A DNA stretch of 64,000 bases, from positions 138,180 through 202,179 of the IMG/VR virus record IMGVR_UViG_3300048591_000242; one strand, written 5' to 3'. The notes beneath the pieces are model-generated. The model did not search any database. It was not told where the DNA came from and saw nothing but the letters and a program-made list of their open reading frames with translations. The translations under genes and the position numbers were made by a program. This document shows positions 35,476 through 45,602 of the stretch, piece by piece. Origin of the DNA: a virus. Taxonomy: Duplodnaviria > Caudoviricetes. How positions within the stretch are numbered: position 1 is the stretch's first letter; every line of letters begins with the position of its first letter.

Positions 35476-35955
35476 TTACATTCTATTACCTAAAGCACTC
35501 ATCAGCCCTTCCAAATCATCCATCTCGTTCATCTCTGTAGTAGTAAGTGCCCTACAGGAATTAACTACAATCTTAAAGGTTTCGGTGGGCAGGTTCATAA
35601 GCTCTAATAAAGACATGTTGGTTTTTTGAGGAACCTTATACTTTAATAGCATTCTTATTTGATTTGCTCCGGTAGAATGTTTAATGTTAGAAGAAAACTC
35701 GTTGTGTGTGGCCAGGGGATACGGATTGTTAGGATCTGTATTATCGTGGTCATATACATCGAGTATAGTCTCTATACGCTCTATAGAAAGCATTCTGTCT
35801 AGAACACCACTGTGGGTATTAGGGTGTTCTAATAAGCCCTTTAATAAAGCCAGTCTTTGTTTTTCAGTGGGACTATAGGCTGGCGATATAATTGGTTTTA
35901 CAGTATAGGGCTTTACAGTGCCATCTGGGCTGTAGCGATTCGTCCCAATCGCCAC
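35476..35955 (-). CDS. Conserved protein, probable baseplate assembly partner
   Basis: Overlaps the upstream 509 aa gene; LLELMNLP motif; function by analogy only. Confidence 0.4.
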   Translation of the reverse strand: MAIGTNRYSPDGTVKPYTVKPIISPAYSPTEKQRLALLKGLLEHPNTHSGVLDRMLSIERIETILDVYDHDNTDPNNPYPLATHNEFSSNIKHSTGANQIRMLLKYKVPQKTNMSLLELMNLPTETFKIVVNSCRALTTTEMNEMDDLEGLMSALGNRM

Positions 35956-37442
35956 GCCATTATGGTAAAAAAATAGCTCACCATATCCATAGGAATAAGA
36001 CCATGCTTAGCTTCTTCACCAGTTACCTGACTAGTGCCGCAGCTAGGGCACTTAAAGTTGGGTATACCGGTAAAAGAAACCTGTGTATCGGTCTTGTACT
36101 CATTCACAGACTCGGTAGCTAAATTAACCAGTTTTTCGTTTTGTGCGATTTCTTCCATTAAACCAAAGATAGTTTTAATGTCAGTTACTACTACTACGTC
36201 ATCGCTTTCTAAATCTAAACCGTACTGAATGGATTTAATCCAGGGGGCATGTTTTTGGAAACGTAAGATATACTCATAATCCTTAATAAAGTCACGACGC
36301 TTAGCTGCACGTGTTTTATTGTCAGCACCATTTACTGCCTTCATGGCTTTCTCTACCATATCGGTAATGCCAGCTATCCAGTATAACCCAGTGCTCTCGT
36401 ATCGCTTAAGGTTAGGTTGCTGATAAGATAAACGCAGCTTAGCTTCCCCTAGTTCTAATACCTCACTTAAGTTATCAGTACTATTAAAGCTTGCCTGATA
36501 GCTAAGAATAGACTCTTTGCTACGGCTACCCATGGCAGAAGACATGTGGCGTTTAGCTTCCAGACTTACGCGGTTAGTATCTACCCAGACAGTACGGTTA
36601 AACTTCAATAAAGAATCCGGAGTAAACTCCAAATTACCTATTTCCATTTTAACACCACCTTTATAATCACACTTATCTGTGCCACTATTAATGCAGTGTT
36701 TTTCGGTAGGATAACCAGACGGGTAAATAGAATCCAAAGAACCAGCTAACATAGAGGGTACATCGGATACTAAAATAAGTTCCTTTAACGTAGCTTTATC
36801 ACCTTGTATCCAGTCTTTTACGTTGGTAGCTATAACGTGATCTAGTACGAAGTCTACTACCTCCATTACTAGATTTACGTCATTACCAGAAAATAGGAAC
36901 CCTTGTGTGGCGTAACCTAGCTCCATACGTTGCTCGTTTAAAGTATGGTTTAGAGAAAGCATCTCACTTTCTTTAAAGTTACCTACAGTTAATACTACAC
37001 CGCTATGCCATAAAGGTATCTTAGTAGGTCGACCGACACCCATCATGTTTTGTAGCGCTATAATGGCACTAGCTCCGGTAGTAGCAGATTTATTGCTCAT
37101 CTGCTGACCTTGTATGCGGATAGGGCCACTTTCAGAATCTACCGTTTGATTAAACGCCGCTCCTTCCTTGACAAATAGGCTACTATACTCCCCACGTAAC
37201 CAATGTCCAGTATAGATAGACTTTAACTTACTACTATACTCCTTAATGGCAGCTATAGCGTCGTCTTCATCCAACTTACCCATTACTTCTTTTGTATATT
37301 CAGTAATAAGTTCACCGATTTCTTTTACTGTAGTTTCCGACATAGGTACCGGTACAGTCCAGTCTTTTACTAGAGCTATGCTGTCCTCTATGGATTCAAA
37401 CGGACTAGTGTAATTGTTAGACATTTTGCTTTTTCCTCTCAT
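35913..37442 (-). CDS. Conserved phiKZ-like structural/baseplate hub assembly protein
   Basis: 509 aa with CINSG...C and C-terminal CPSCG Zn motif; structural-module position. Confidence 0.5.
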   Translation of the reverse strand: MRGKSKMSNNYTSPFESIEDSIALVKDWTVPVPMSETTVKEIGELITEYTKEVMGKLDEDDAIAAIKEYSSKLKSIYTGHWLRGEYSSLFVKEGAAFNQTVDSESGPIRIQGQQMSNKSATTGASAIIALQNMMGVGRPTKIPLWHSGVVLTVGNFKESEMLSLNHTLNEQRMELGYATQGFLFSGNDVNLVMEVVDFVLDHVIATNVKDWIQGDKATLKELILVSDVPSMLAGSLDSIYPSGYPTEKHCINSGTDKCDYKGGVKMEIGNLEFTPDSLLKFNRTVWVDTNRVSLEAKRHMSSAMGSRSKESILSYQASFNSTDNLSEVLELGEAKLRLSYQQPNLKRYESTGLYWIAGITDMVEKAMKAVNGADNKTRAAKRRDFIKDYEYILRFQKHAPWIKSIQYGLDLESDDVVVVTDIKTIFGLMEEIAQNEKLVNLATESVNEYKTDTQVSFTGIPNFKCPSCGTSQVTGEEAKHGLIPMDMVSYFFTIMAWRLGRIATAQMAL

Positions 37443-37842
37443 CGTGTTCTAATGACATGCTGGTTAGTATTGAAAATGGCTCAATTAACTTACCGGGTAA
37501 TTCTTCATTTAATAAAACCAAATTACTGTAGGCTACATAGTAATGTGGAAACTGATCTTCCGTTACGGTAACTTTAGTTTCCGTAGGTAACGTATTAGCT
37601 ATTTCTTTTAATTCATTTTTAAGTGGCACTATAGCCTTTACTATTAAATCTATACAGCCTTTAGCTGAGTCTCCGCATTCAGCCATAAACTCAGAGTTTT
37701 CTTTAAGTTTTAAAACACCCAGTGCGGTGCTTCTAATGATACCGTCGATGCATTTAGCTAAATCTATAGCATCGTCCCAGGTAGCCTGTGGTTTAGGGGC
37801 AGGTTTCTTTTTCTTTATAACTCTTTTCTTTTTAACCGACAT
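37417..37842 (-). CDS. Hypothetical protein with Lys-rich N-terminus
   Basis: MSVKKKRVIKKKKPAPKPQ then a helical domain. Confidence 0.6.
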   Translation of the reverse strand: MSVKKKRVIKKKKPAPKPQATWDDAIDLAKCIDGIIRSTALGVLKLKENSEFMAECGDSAKGCIDLIVKAIVPLKNELKEIANTLPTETKVTVTEDQFPHYYVAYSNLVLLNEELPGKLIEPFSILTSMSLEHDERKKQNV

Positions 37843-37973
37843 ACATGCTCTTCCTATAGTACTGGGGGTGTTTGTTTTGAATTCACATACTGTTATATGT
37901 GCTTGTGTATTTTTAATCTATACCTGTCGGGTGGATAGTATATAAGAAACCAATAAATAAAGGGTATATACCG

Positions 37974-38786
37974 ATGGTACCGCAAACTCTAATAGACATA
38001 TCTTCATTTACACCAGCCACTGAACTTAGTCTATATGTAGATATAGAAAAAACATTGTTTAAGCTTAACTATACTGATCACCTGGTAGGACTGGATAACT
38101 CTGTAGGCGGAGAGAGTTTAACTAGCAATGACATTATAGCTAACATCCGCTCCGTCTATACCGAGACACTGGAAGATGTTTTAGAGCAACACGGCATTTT
38201 ACTAAACGAAGAAGAAACCGTACCCCTTAGATTTATGCTAGCTCTGGTAGACGCTATATTAGTATTAGCCGATGGCGACATAGCGGACATAGTAGCCTCT
38301 ATAGATCTAGAAGAGGCAGACGATTTGACTATTTTAGGTACCTTAATTACTGAGGTGAGTGAATTGGATCTGGGAGATATTTACAAATATCTATCTGAGG
38401 TGGACTCTGGTTTAATTAAAAAGATAGCCGCTTCCGTGGTAATAGAGGAAGACTCGTCTAATTCTGATTACTACAAACAAAGGTATTTGGCTTATGTAGG
38501 GGAAAGGCGACATGGAGTGGTAAAAGACTTTATATCCAAAAGAGGCACCCTACCTTTAGACTTTATTTTCTCAGTAACTGCACTAAAGGACAAGCTTTCT
38601 GAAATAACTGATATAGAGGAGTTAGCCTTTGAGTACATTTCACTGTTTAATGCCTCAGATTTAAACACAGAAGACTTCGTATCGGTAGGCTTAAAAGCAA
38701 TAGAAGACAGCACTGAGGTATCCTTATTTATACCGCTGTCAAACAGAATTACTACATATGTAAGGGAGCTAACAAATGGCCAGTAA
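37974..38786 (+). CDS. Conserved acidic protein, probable virion protein
   Basis: 270 aa, overlaps the vRNAP subunit gene, phiKZ-like order. Confidence 0.55.
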   Translation: MVPQTLIDISSFTPATELSLYVDIEKTLFKLNYTDHLVGLDNSVGGESLTSNDIIANIRSVYTETLEDVLEQHGILLNEEETVPLRFMLALVDAILVLADGDIADIVASIDLEEADDLTILGTLITEVSELDLGDIYKYLSEVDSGLIKKIAASVVIEEDSSNSDYYKQRYLAYVGERRHGVVKDFISKRGTLPLDFIFSVTALKDKLSEITDIEELAFEYISLFNASDLNTEDFVSVGLKAIEDSTEVSLFIPLSNRITTYVRELTNGQ

Positions 38787-40050
38787 GTATGAGTATTTTA
38801 AGTTAGCACACTCTTTAGGTTGCACTAAGGAGAGATATTGGGTAATGAGAGTATTCTCCATGCCCACTACTACTAGAAAGCATAGCCATTCTTTAGACAC
38901 CCCTGGCTATATTTTCTATAATGAACTAGAAGTGCCTTTGTTTATAAATGCAGAGGGTAAGCCGGAAACTATAGATGACTATAAACCAGGTGAGCCTATA
39001 TACGGCATAAAGGAAAAAGTAGTTATTTCTAAGGGCGACTTTACTATAGCCGATAGCGATTACGATAGTTTTTATAGTACACTCTACTTAAACCTTATTC
39101 TGCTGGAATACGCGTTTGGTAATATCTTCCCATATCACAATGGCAAATTTAGCGCCAAACAGTTAGATACTTTAATCGGTGCCGCTCTTAAAAACGGTAC
39201 TATTACAGTAGCTCAATATCGTGAATACTCCAAGACCTTAGGTTTTATAACGTGTCTTTCTACCGTAGCACTACCTGCCGCTTCTAGGAAGTCCATTATA
39301 CCCCCGGCCGATATTACCAAAATACGAGATAAGTTACTGGCTGAACATAAAGAACAGTTAGATGATCCTGTAGTAGTGGCTAAGATAGAAAAGCAGTTGG
39401 TGGATATTTACAAAGACTATATAAAAGGTGATATTTCAGAAGGTTTCTTCTTAGACGAAAAGATTTATTCGGTAGTACTTAAGAAGTCATACATAATGCT
39501 TGGCTCTGAACCTAAGTTAGAAGATCCGAATAAGATTAACTTATCGGTTACTTCTCTTAAAGAGGGCTGGCAGGTTAAGGACTTACCCATGATAGCTAAC
39601 TCACTTAGAATGGGGTCGTATAACCGAGGGGCTGCTACTGCTTTAGGCGGTGAGGCAGCTAAGTTTTCTAGTCGTATATACCAGAATACTAAACTTATAC
39701 CTGGGGACTGCGGCTCTACTGTAGGCATACCGGTAAATGTAAACAAGTATAACGTTGACTCATTTAACGGCAGAGCTATGCTTGTAAACGGAAAGCCAGT
39801 TTACCTAAATAAAGGTGACCTAGCTAAGCACTTAGGTAAAACCGTATACATGCGTTCCCCACAAACATGTAATACACCTAGCGGTGATTTTTGTGAGGTG
39901 TGTATGGGCAAGGAGGTAACTGAGGTAGGCTTAGGCTTAGGCCCACAGGCGTCTGCGGTAGGCAGTGTGTTCCTGTCGCAATCGTTAGCAGCTATGCATG
40001 GTACGAGTCTTTCTTTAGAGCCTATAGACCTAGAAAATTCAATGGATTAA
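38776..40050 (+). CDS. Virion RNA polymerase beta' subunit fragment (phiKZ gp80-like)
   Basis: GDCGS, RSPQTC...FCEVCMG Zn site, SQSLAAMHG, GGEAAK bridge-helix-like region. Confidence 0.88.
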   Translation: MASKYEYFKLAHSLGCTKERYWVMRVFSMPTTTRKHSHSLDTPGYIFYNELEVPLFINAEGKPETIDDYKPGEPIYGIKEKVVISKGDFTIADSDYDSFYSTLYLNLILLEYAFGNIFPYHNGKFSAKQLDTLIGAALKNGTITVAQYREYSKTLGFITCLSTVALPAASRKSIIPPADITKIRDKLLAEHKEQLDDPVVVAKIEKQLVDIYKDYIKGDISEGFFLDEKIYSVVLKKSYIMLGSEPKLEDPNKINLSVTSLKEGWQVKDLPMIANSLRMGSYNRGAATALGGEAAKFSSRIYQNTKLIPGDCGSTVGIPVNVNKYNVDSFNGRAMLVNGKPVYLNKGDLAKHLGKTVYMRSPQTCNTPSGDFCEVCMGKEVTEVGLGLGPQASAVGSVFLSQSLAAMHGTSLSLEPIDLENSMD

Positions 40051-40069
40051 TAAAACACCATGCATTCTT

Positions 40070-40597
40070 GTGGTATACAAATGGATTAGAATAATGAACC
40101 TATTGTACCTTTTTAGCGTACTTCTATGTGTGTTATTCGACCTAATACTTATACTGACTGTATCTATAGTAGCTATAAAGTCCGACCTGTCTTTAAAAAG
40201 ACTAGAAGTCGGACTAGTACTATGTATACACTGGTTGTATTTATCAATATACCTAAATATGGCAAATAGTGATAGTTATACGTTATCCATATTAGGTTTT
40301 GTATTGTTTTCATCCGGAGCAGCTTTAAGACTATTGGGCGCTATACTCAAAGAGAACGATACGTATAACGACTCTGAAGTAAAGGAGCTAGAATATACCT
40401 CCATAGGACTTTTAGCTTTATCAGCTACAAGCTTTGGCGTTATAAGCTTCTTTTCTTCTAGCATTAATTACATGAATAGCTTATCTAGTGTACCAGCGGT
40501 ACCTATTTACATTGTGTGTTTAATGCTAATATTCGATCGTAAGTTTAGAATACAACTAGACAAAGCGATTTTGAATTTTTTATTCTCCCACCGATAA
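40070..40597 (+). CDS. Multi-pass membrane protein
   Basis: Four to five hydrophobic segments. Confidence 0.6.
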   Translation: MVYKWIRIMNLLYLFSVLLCVLFDLILILTVSIVAIKSDLSLKRLEVGLVLCIHWLYLSIYLNMANSDSYTLSILGFVLFSSGAALRLLGAILKENDTYNDSEVKELEYTSIGLLALSATSFGVISFFSSSINYMNSLSSVPAVPIYIVCLMLIFDRKFRIQLDKAILNFLFSHR

Positions 40598-40642
40598 AAC
40601 TTAAACTAATAACAAGGGCCCTATAAAGGGTAGGTATAAACA

Positions 40643-40972
40643 ATGCTTTTAAAATTAATCGACAACACTAAGAACTCCATGAAAACCATGTTAGAAATAT
40701 CAGTACCCGGTAGAGTCTATAGAAAGGTAATGGACTTTATGACACCCGGTGAGTTTCTGATAGACTCTGAAGAAACCTTTGTTAAGTTAGAATATGTACC
40801 AGAGGCTGATTTGGATAGTCTGCGTAATGACATAGAGGACTACATAGACCTCGAGTATACCAGAATCAAACGTGGTAAAGGAAGTGATGTCGTATTAGAA
40901 GCGTTGGCTGAGTTATATGACATGTTGGTGGAGATTAAAGATACTGGTAAAACAGTATTACTTACAAACTAA
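40643..40972 (+). CDS. Hypothetical acidic protein
   Basis: 109 aa followed by a terminator. Confidence 0.6.
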   Translation: MLLKLIDNTKNSMKTMLEISVPGRVYRKVMDFMTPGEFLIDSEETFVKLEYVPEADLDSLRNDIEDYIDLEYTRIKRGKGSDVVLEALAELYDMLVEIKDTGKTVLLTN

Positions 40973-40988
40973 ATAAGCGGCATAAAAG

Positions 40989-41016
40989 CTATACTGTCCC
41001 TTGTGGGACAGTATAG
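40989..41016. terminator. Bidirectional terminator flanked by TATGCCG on both strands
   Basis: CTATACTGTCCC-TTGT-GGGACAGTATAG. Confidence 0.85.
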
Positions 41017-41030
41017 TACTTATGCCGTAA

Positions 41031-41645
41031 TTAACCTACGTTATAGGCAATACGTAGACGACGCATAATGGTTTCGCTACGAGTAGGAGACATGAAGCGC
41101 CCCATGCCACTCCAGTCGAGCTTCTTAATTTCGTTACCACGTGTAGAAGGATCTGCTGTATTTTCAAATAAAGCCAGTAAAGATTCGATTTCACGACGGT
41201 CTTCTTTGCTATTCCATGGAGTAACATCATAGAAACGGAACAAAGAACGAATGCTGAAAACACCAGTTTTGTCGTTGTGAATGAAGTTCAGGATTTCTTT
41301 AATGTTAGCTACAGCTTTAGTTTCATCTGCATCTGTAACTGCATTAATGATGGCCGCCCTGAAAGCCTTCTGATGCTTAGCACCTGTACGCGCATCTGTA
41401 GGCTTATTAGGAGCCATAGACTCTGCGTATGTTCTTAAAGCACGACCGATTACAGTATCGCTGGTAGCTTCTTCTTTAATTACTGGTACTGGTGTAGGCT
41501 CTGGGGCAGGAACCGGTTGTACTTCTGGCTCAGCCGCAGGTTCAGTAGCTACATTGGCTTCTGCAGTAACCGTCTCTTCTTGGGTAGCTACAGGCTCCGT
41601 TACAGTAGCCGGTTTAGTTGTAGCTTGTGAGTTTTTCTTAGCCAT
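41031..41645 (-). CDS. Conserved protein with T/E/P/A-rich disordered N-terminus
   Basis: GGAG SD before ATG 41645 (track start 41660); PAPEPTPVPV linker. Confidence 0.65.
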   Translation of the reverse strand: MAKKNSQATTKPATVTEPVATQEETVTAEANVATEPAAEPEVQPVPAPEPTPVPVIKEEATSDTVIGRALRTYAESMAPNKPTDARTGAKHQKAFRAAIINAVTDADETKAVANIKEILNFIHNDKTGVFSIRSLFRFYDVTPWNSKEDRREIESLLALFENTADPSTRGNEIKKLDWSGMGRFMSPTRSETIMRRLRIAYNVG

Positions 41646-41729
41646 CTTTATTATCTCCAAACATAATTTATGTTAGTTTATTGGTATATGATACACAGCG
41701 GTACCGTGTAGTGCAAAGGGGGTAGTTGC

Positions 41730-43388
41730 CTACCCCTTACTTACCTTGTAATCTCTAAGCATATCGCCCATAGAAGGTAGATTGTACAAAGTCTGACCAA
41801 GGTCTATAGCATTGTTTCGGATAGCAGTCATATTAACTCCTACCCTACGTAATTCTTGTTCTGGTAAACCATTAATACCACATACCTCTCTAAGCGTAGT
41901 GGCTTTACTGATATTCATAATGGCACCGGTAGTAGGATAACCACTGGCAATGTCGACGTCGAATACGTGCGTAAATAACTTAGACGGCATGTTATCTATA
42001 TCGCTTATTATCGGTGTACCTCCTTCTGCCAGTAGCTCAGAATGCAAGGTCACGATCCACCCTACCATAGACATTGTAAGGCTGTCCATTTCCTCCGTCA
42101 TGTTTGGAGAAGTAGCGCAGATAATTTTACCCTGTTCCTTTAAAAACAGATGTAGATCATTGGCTAGGTTCTTAGGGCCACTAGTTAAACTACTTAAGTC
42201 AGTTATACCACAGCCGGACAATACAGCTTTTCGTAGATCACCTGTCTTCTCGTCTAATAGCTCTAGAGATATACCGTCGAATATAGCATATACGCCATAT
42301 TCTAGTTTGTGGTTCTTCTGCATGAACTGATGCCACTCTAGCCCCTCTAAACCCTCCGCCTCTTTGAATCTAAGTTTTCCTAGATTTAGTTCTTCTTTTA
42401 AAATATTATCCAAACTGTAACTGTGTCTGGCTGCTTCTCTAACTCTATTTATCTTAAAGAAGCACATTGCATCAATGATATAGAAGCTAGCAGGCGCGTC
42501 TACCACGTGCCATAGGTTGGCATGGTGCTTACTAGTAACCTTTCCGGTAGCAGTAGTTTTCTGTGGATTATCCTTTCTCCAGTTAAATCTTCTATACTTT
42601 TCCGGGACTATTGGATCACAGAATATTTCAGCAGGATCTACGTTATAGTACTCCAGACATTCTACTATTTTGTCTATGTCGAACGCCATGTTCCAGATGG
42701 ATACAAAGTCAGGTTTTTTACTATGTAGAAAACGAAACATTAACTTAACTACACCTAGGTCATTTTCCATGACCTTTACGTATAAATCTATGTTTCTTTC
42801 TTTTTTGTATTTACCTAAGTAATCTTCAAACAGATCGTGTATCCTAGCTTCTGGATCTACCATCTGACCCAACCACTCACCATTTACAGCCAATACTGCT
42901 TTATCTTTAAAGGTACATACGCCGTAGATTATTTCACCGCGTTCAGAGAAAACATTTGTCTCTGTATCTAGAGTGGCCACTGTAGCTTCTGGCTGATAGG
43001 TTGGCCACTTCTCTACGTATTGCTGTTTTATAAGTGAGGTAGTGGTTATGTCGGTACCGTATAAATAGGGACTTTCCCTAAGTTCTGACATGCGTGCATA
43101 GCCGTTTATACCCATGGCTTTAGCTATGGCTCTAGGTAATCTAGCCTGGTTGGTACTATAGACATCTAGATTTTCTAAATACTCAAACTCCTTTTTGGTT
43201 TTGTGTGTGGCCCTATGGCCTTTCTTGGTGATATAGAACTCTCGTTGAAAATTATGAATAAGGCGCACCTCTGATCTCTCAGTGCCGTCTTGTTCACGTA
43301 TACGTTCCTTTATAAGGACAATGTCGTCACCAGATCTATCTGTGGCCTCACTGTATGTAGCTAACATACACGCTCTTGCTTTTTTCAT
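41730..43388 (-). CDS. Split family B DNA polymerase, exonuclease-containing subunit (phiKZ gp82-like)
   Basis: ExoI LDTET, ExoII WNMAFD, ExoIII YAIFD, motif A DVDIASGYP; motifs B and C absent, so they are expected in a separate gene. Confidence 0.88.
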   Translation of the reverse strand: MKKARACMLATYSEATDRSGDDIVLIKERIREQDGTERSEVRLIHNFQREFYITKKGHRATHKTKKEFEYLENLDVYSTNQARLPRAIAKAMGINGYARMSELRESPYLYGTDITTTSLIKQQYVEKWPTYQPEATVATLDTETNVFSERGEIIYGVCTFKDKAVLAVNGEWLGQMVDPEARIHDLFEDYLGKYKKERNIDLYVKVMENDLGVVKLMFRFLHSKKPDFVSIWNMAFDIDKIVECLEYYNVDPAEIFCDPIVPEKYRRFNWRKDNPQKTTATGKVTSKHHANLWHVVDAPASFYIIDAMCFFKINRVREAARHSYSLDNILKEELNLGKLRFKEAEGLEGLEWHQFMQKNHKLEYGVYAIFDGISLELLDEKTGDLRKAVLSGCGITDLSSLTSGPKNLANDLHLFLKEQGKIICATSPNMTEEMDSLTMSMVGWIVTLHSELLAEGGTPIISDIDNMPSKLFTHVFDVDIASGYPTTGAIMNISKATTLREVCGINGLPEQELRRVGVNMTAIRNNAIDLGQTLYNLPSMGDMLRDYKVSKG

Positions 43389-43462
43389 GTCTCTGTACTC
43401 CTTTTGGTCTACAGAATAGAACCGATCAATTATTAACTATCTTTTTATGGAGCATTACGGTA

Positions 43463-44770
43463 ATGTCAATTTTAAGTGTAGCTATGGAAGCTATTCGCTT
43501 TCAAACTAATTCTAAACTAGGGGAAAGCATCGAGAGTGCTATTAAGCTTATTAGAGGTAGCGATAGCGTTACCGATAGAACAGTAAGTAATTCTGGCCTA
43601 GAGAAGGCCATAAAAGATGCTACCGGGCTAGACATAGAGGTAGCCTTAGCTAATGGTGAATTCGGTGACATTGAAAACTTTGCGGCTATAGCTGTTACTG
43701 ACATAGATAGAAACAATCCAGTACTAAACGACTGGAGACAAGCCTACGCTACTGGCAAAGATGGTTTTAAAGAATTAAGTAAAAGAGATAACGTCATAAA
43801 AGGTGAGGTGGATTTAGTAAACGCTAAGGTTAGTGGTGATTTTACTAAATTTAAATCTACTCTTTATTTAAGCCGTGACGTTATTTCTAAAGGCAGTAGA
43901 TTTACTGTTAAGGAGATAACCGCTATCATACTACATGAAATAGGTCACAAGTTCTCCTACATGGAAGCTTTAGGTAGAAGCGTTAGAACCAATCATGTTT
44001 TAATGACGGCAGCTAAGGAATTGATTGGCACCAGTGATGCTCAAAAGAAGTATGAGATTCTGGATGAGGTAGAAGCCTTTACCAAATCAAAAATCACTGA
44101 TAGAAATACCATACTGCAGGCTAATGAGCCGATGGCAATAACTACCGTGTTGCTAAGTGAGTCAATGATAGCCATGCGTAGTGAGTTAGGTTGTAACATT
44201 TATGACTACCGGGGTTTTGAACAATTGGCTGATCAGTTCGCTACTCGAATGGGCTACGGTGCAGACATTGTATCGGCATTAGATAAGCTGTTTAGACTGT
44301 ATGGGGATAAAGCATATTACGGTAGAATTGGGTTTAGCTTGATGGAGGTGTTTAAACTTACTCTATTTGTGGTTGGAACGGCTGCAACTATTATGCTAGC
44401 TACCTTAGCTCCTGTCATGGCAATGCTATATGCATCTATGGGCGTACTCATGTTAAGTATGAACCCGCTATTAGATGAATATGACAACCCTAAGCGTAGG
44501 TTTGAAGTTATTCGTAATGAAATTCAGAAAGCGCTTAAGAATACCAAACTGCCTAAGGCAGACAAACAGCGTTATTTAGAGAATCTGGAGTGCATTGAAA
44601 ACGTTCTGATAAATATGAATGATCATAAACCTCTATATGAGTGGGTGTGGCGTAACATCTATCCTTGGGGTAGAAAACAGGCTAAAGCCATTGATGTCCA
44701 AAAGGCATTAGAGGATTTAGCCAATACACGACTGTATGCGGTTTCCGCTAAATTAGATTTACTGGTTTGA
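43463..44770 (+). CDS. Virion protein with zincin metallopeptidase motif and hydrophobic segment
   Basis: AME|A cleavage-type N-terminus, ILHEIGH, EQLADQFA third-ligand motif, TM-like stretch; start refined from 43376. Confidence 0.7.
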   Translation: MSILSVAMEAIRFQTNSKLGESIESAIKLIRGSDSVTDRTVSNSGLEKAIKDATGLDIEVALANGEFGDIENFAAIAVTDIDRNNPVLNDWRQAYATGKDGFKELSKRDNVIKGEVDLVNAKVSGDFTKFKSTLYLSRDVISKGSRFTVKEITAIILHEIGHKFSYMEALGRSVRTNHVLMTAAKELIGTSDAQKKYEILDEVEAFTKSKITDRNTILQANEPMAITTVLLSESMIAMRSELGCNIYDYRGFEQLADQFATRMGYGADIVSALDKLFRLYGDKAYYGRIGFSLMEVFKLTLFVVGTAATIMLATLAPVMAMLYASMGVLMLSMNPLLDEYDNPKRRFEVIRNEIQKALKNTKLPKADKQRYLENLECIENVLINMNDHKPLYEWVWRNIYPWGRKQAKAIDVQKALEDLANTRLYAVSAKLDLLV

Positions 44771-44780
44771 GGTTAAGAAA

Positions 44781-45602
44781 ATGATAAGCAAAACACACCT
44801 TGAAAACATCAAGAAAGAAATAAAGGCATACAACGGTGACTCCAGAGCAAAGTGCCTTGTAGTAGCTATGATTATTATGGCTAATGTAAAAGTACAACCG
44901 GCGTCTTCTATACCAGAATCGGTGTCTGAATGGACAGATACTTACTCTAAAATGGTTAAAACTGAATACGATAAGCTAACTACGGCTGTGTACCTAAACA
45001 AAGCTTTAGTAATAGAAATGTGTCGTCAGTTATACAGCATCAGGTCTCTGTTTGCATATAAGCACACAGGGTTAATTTTTGATGATGAAACTATCGTTAA
45101 TGGCATAACTAGTACTAAAGAAGAGGCCGATCGCTTAAATGCAATTCAATCGGATAGTATCGGTTTTCTTTTAGACGCATTAGTCTCTAAGTACTCCAAT
45201 GTCTCGGATACCATTGTCTACATTATGGCAGGTAATGGTCCGGATGCATTTATTAAATCCCCAGATGAAATAAGGGTAGCGGTATCTGAGCTAGGTTTAC
45301 GTAAAGAAGACAGTACCTTTGTTTATCATCACGCCATGCAGTTGCGCTTAGTTAAATATTCCATTACTCAGTTTATTTTGGAAGGCGACTACACCGGCTA
45401 CTTACTGCAGGGTAGATACAGTAATCCGCTGTCTACCGAACTCTTTATGACTGCCTTCAATGAGACTACACTCAAGAAAGAGGAACTTATCTCTGCATTT
45501 GAGATCCTTGAAAGAACCAAAGTAGAATTTCGTAGTAAGTCATTAAAAACACCAACCGAGCTTAGACTGTTAAAGGTAAATCGTTATGGAGCAACTTCCT
45601 GA
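44781..45602 (+). CDS. Conserved virion protein
   Basis: 273 aa in the structural operon. Confidence 0.55.
   Translation: MISKTHLENIKKEIKAYNGDSRAKCLVVAMIIMANVKVQPASSIPESVSEWTDTYSKMVKTEYDKLTTAVYLNKALVIEMCRQLYSIRSLFAYKHTGLIFDDETIVNGITSTKEEADRLNAIQSDSIGFLLDALVSKYSNVSDTIVYIMAGNGPDAFIKSPDEIRVAVSELGLRKEDSTFVYHHAMQLRLVKYSITQFILEGDYTGYLLQGRYSNPLSTELFMTAFNETTLKKEELISAFEILERTKVEFRSKSLKTPTELRLLKVNRYGATS

Noticed and set aside
41730-43388. DNA polymerase apparently truncated after motif A
   Set aside because: Split family B polymerase is established for phiKZ-like phages; not a pseudogene and not novel
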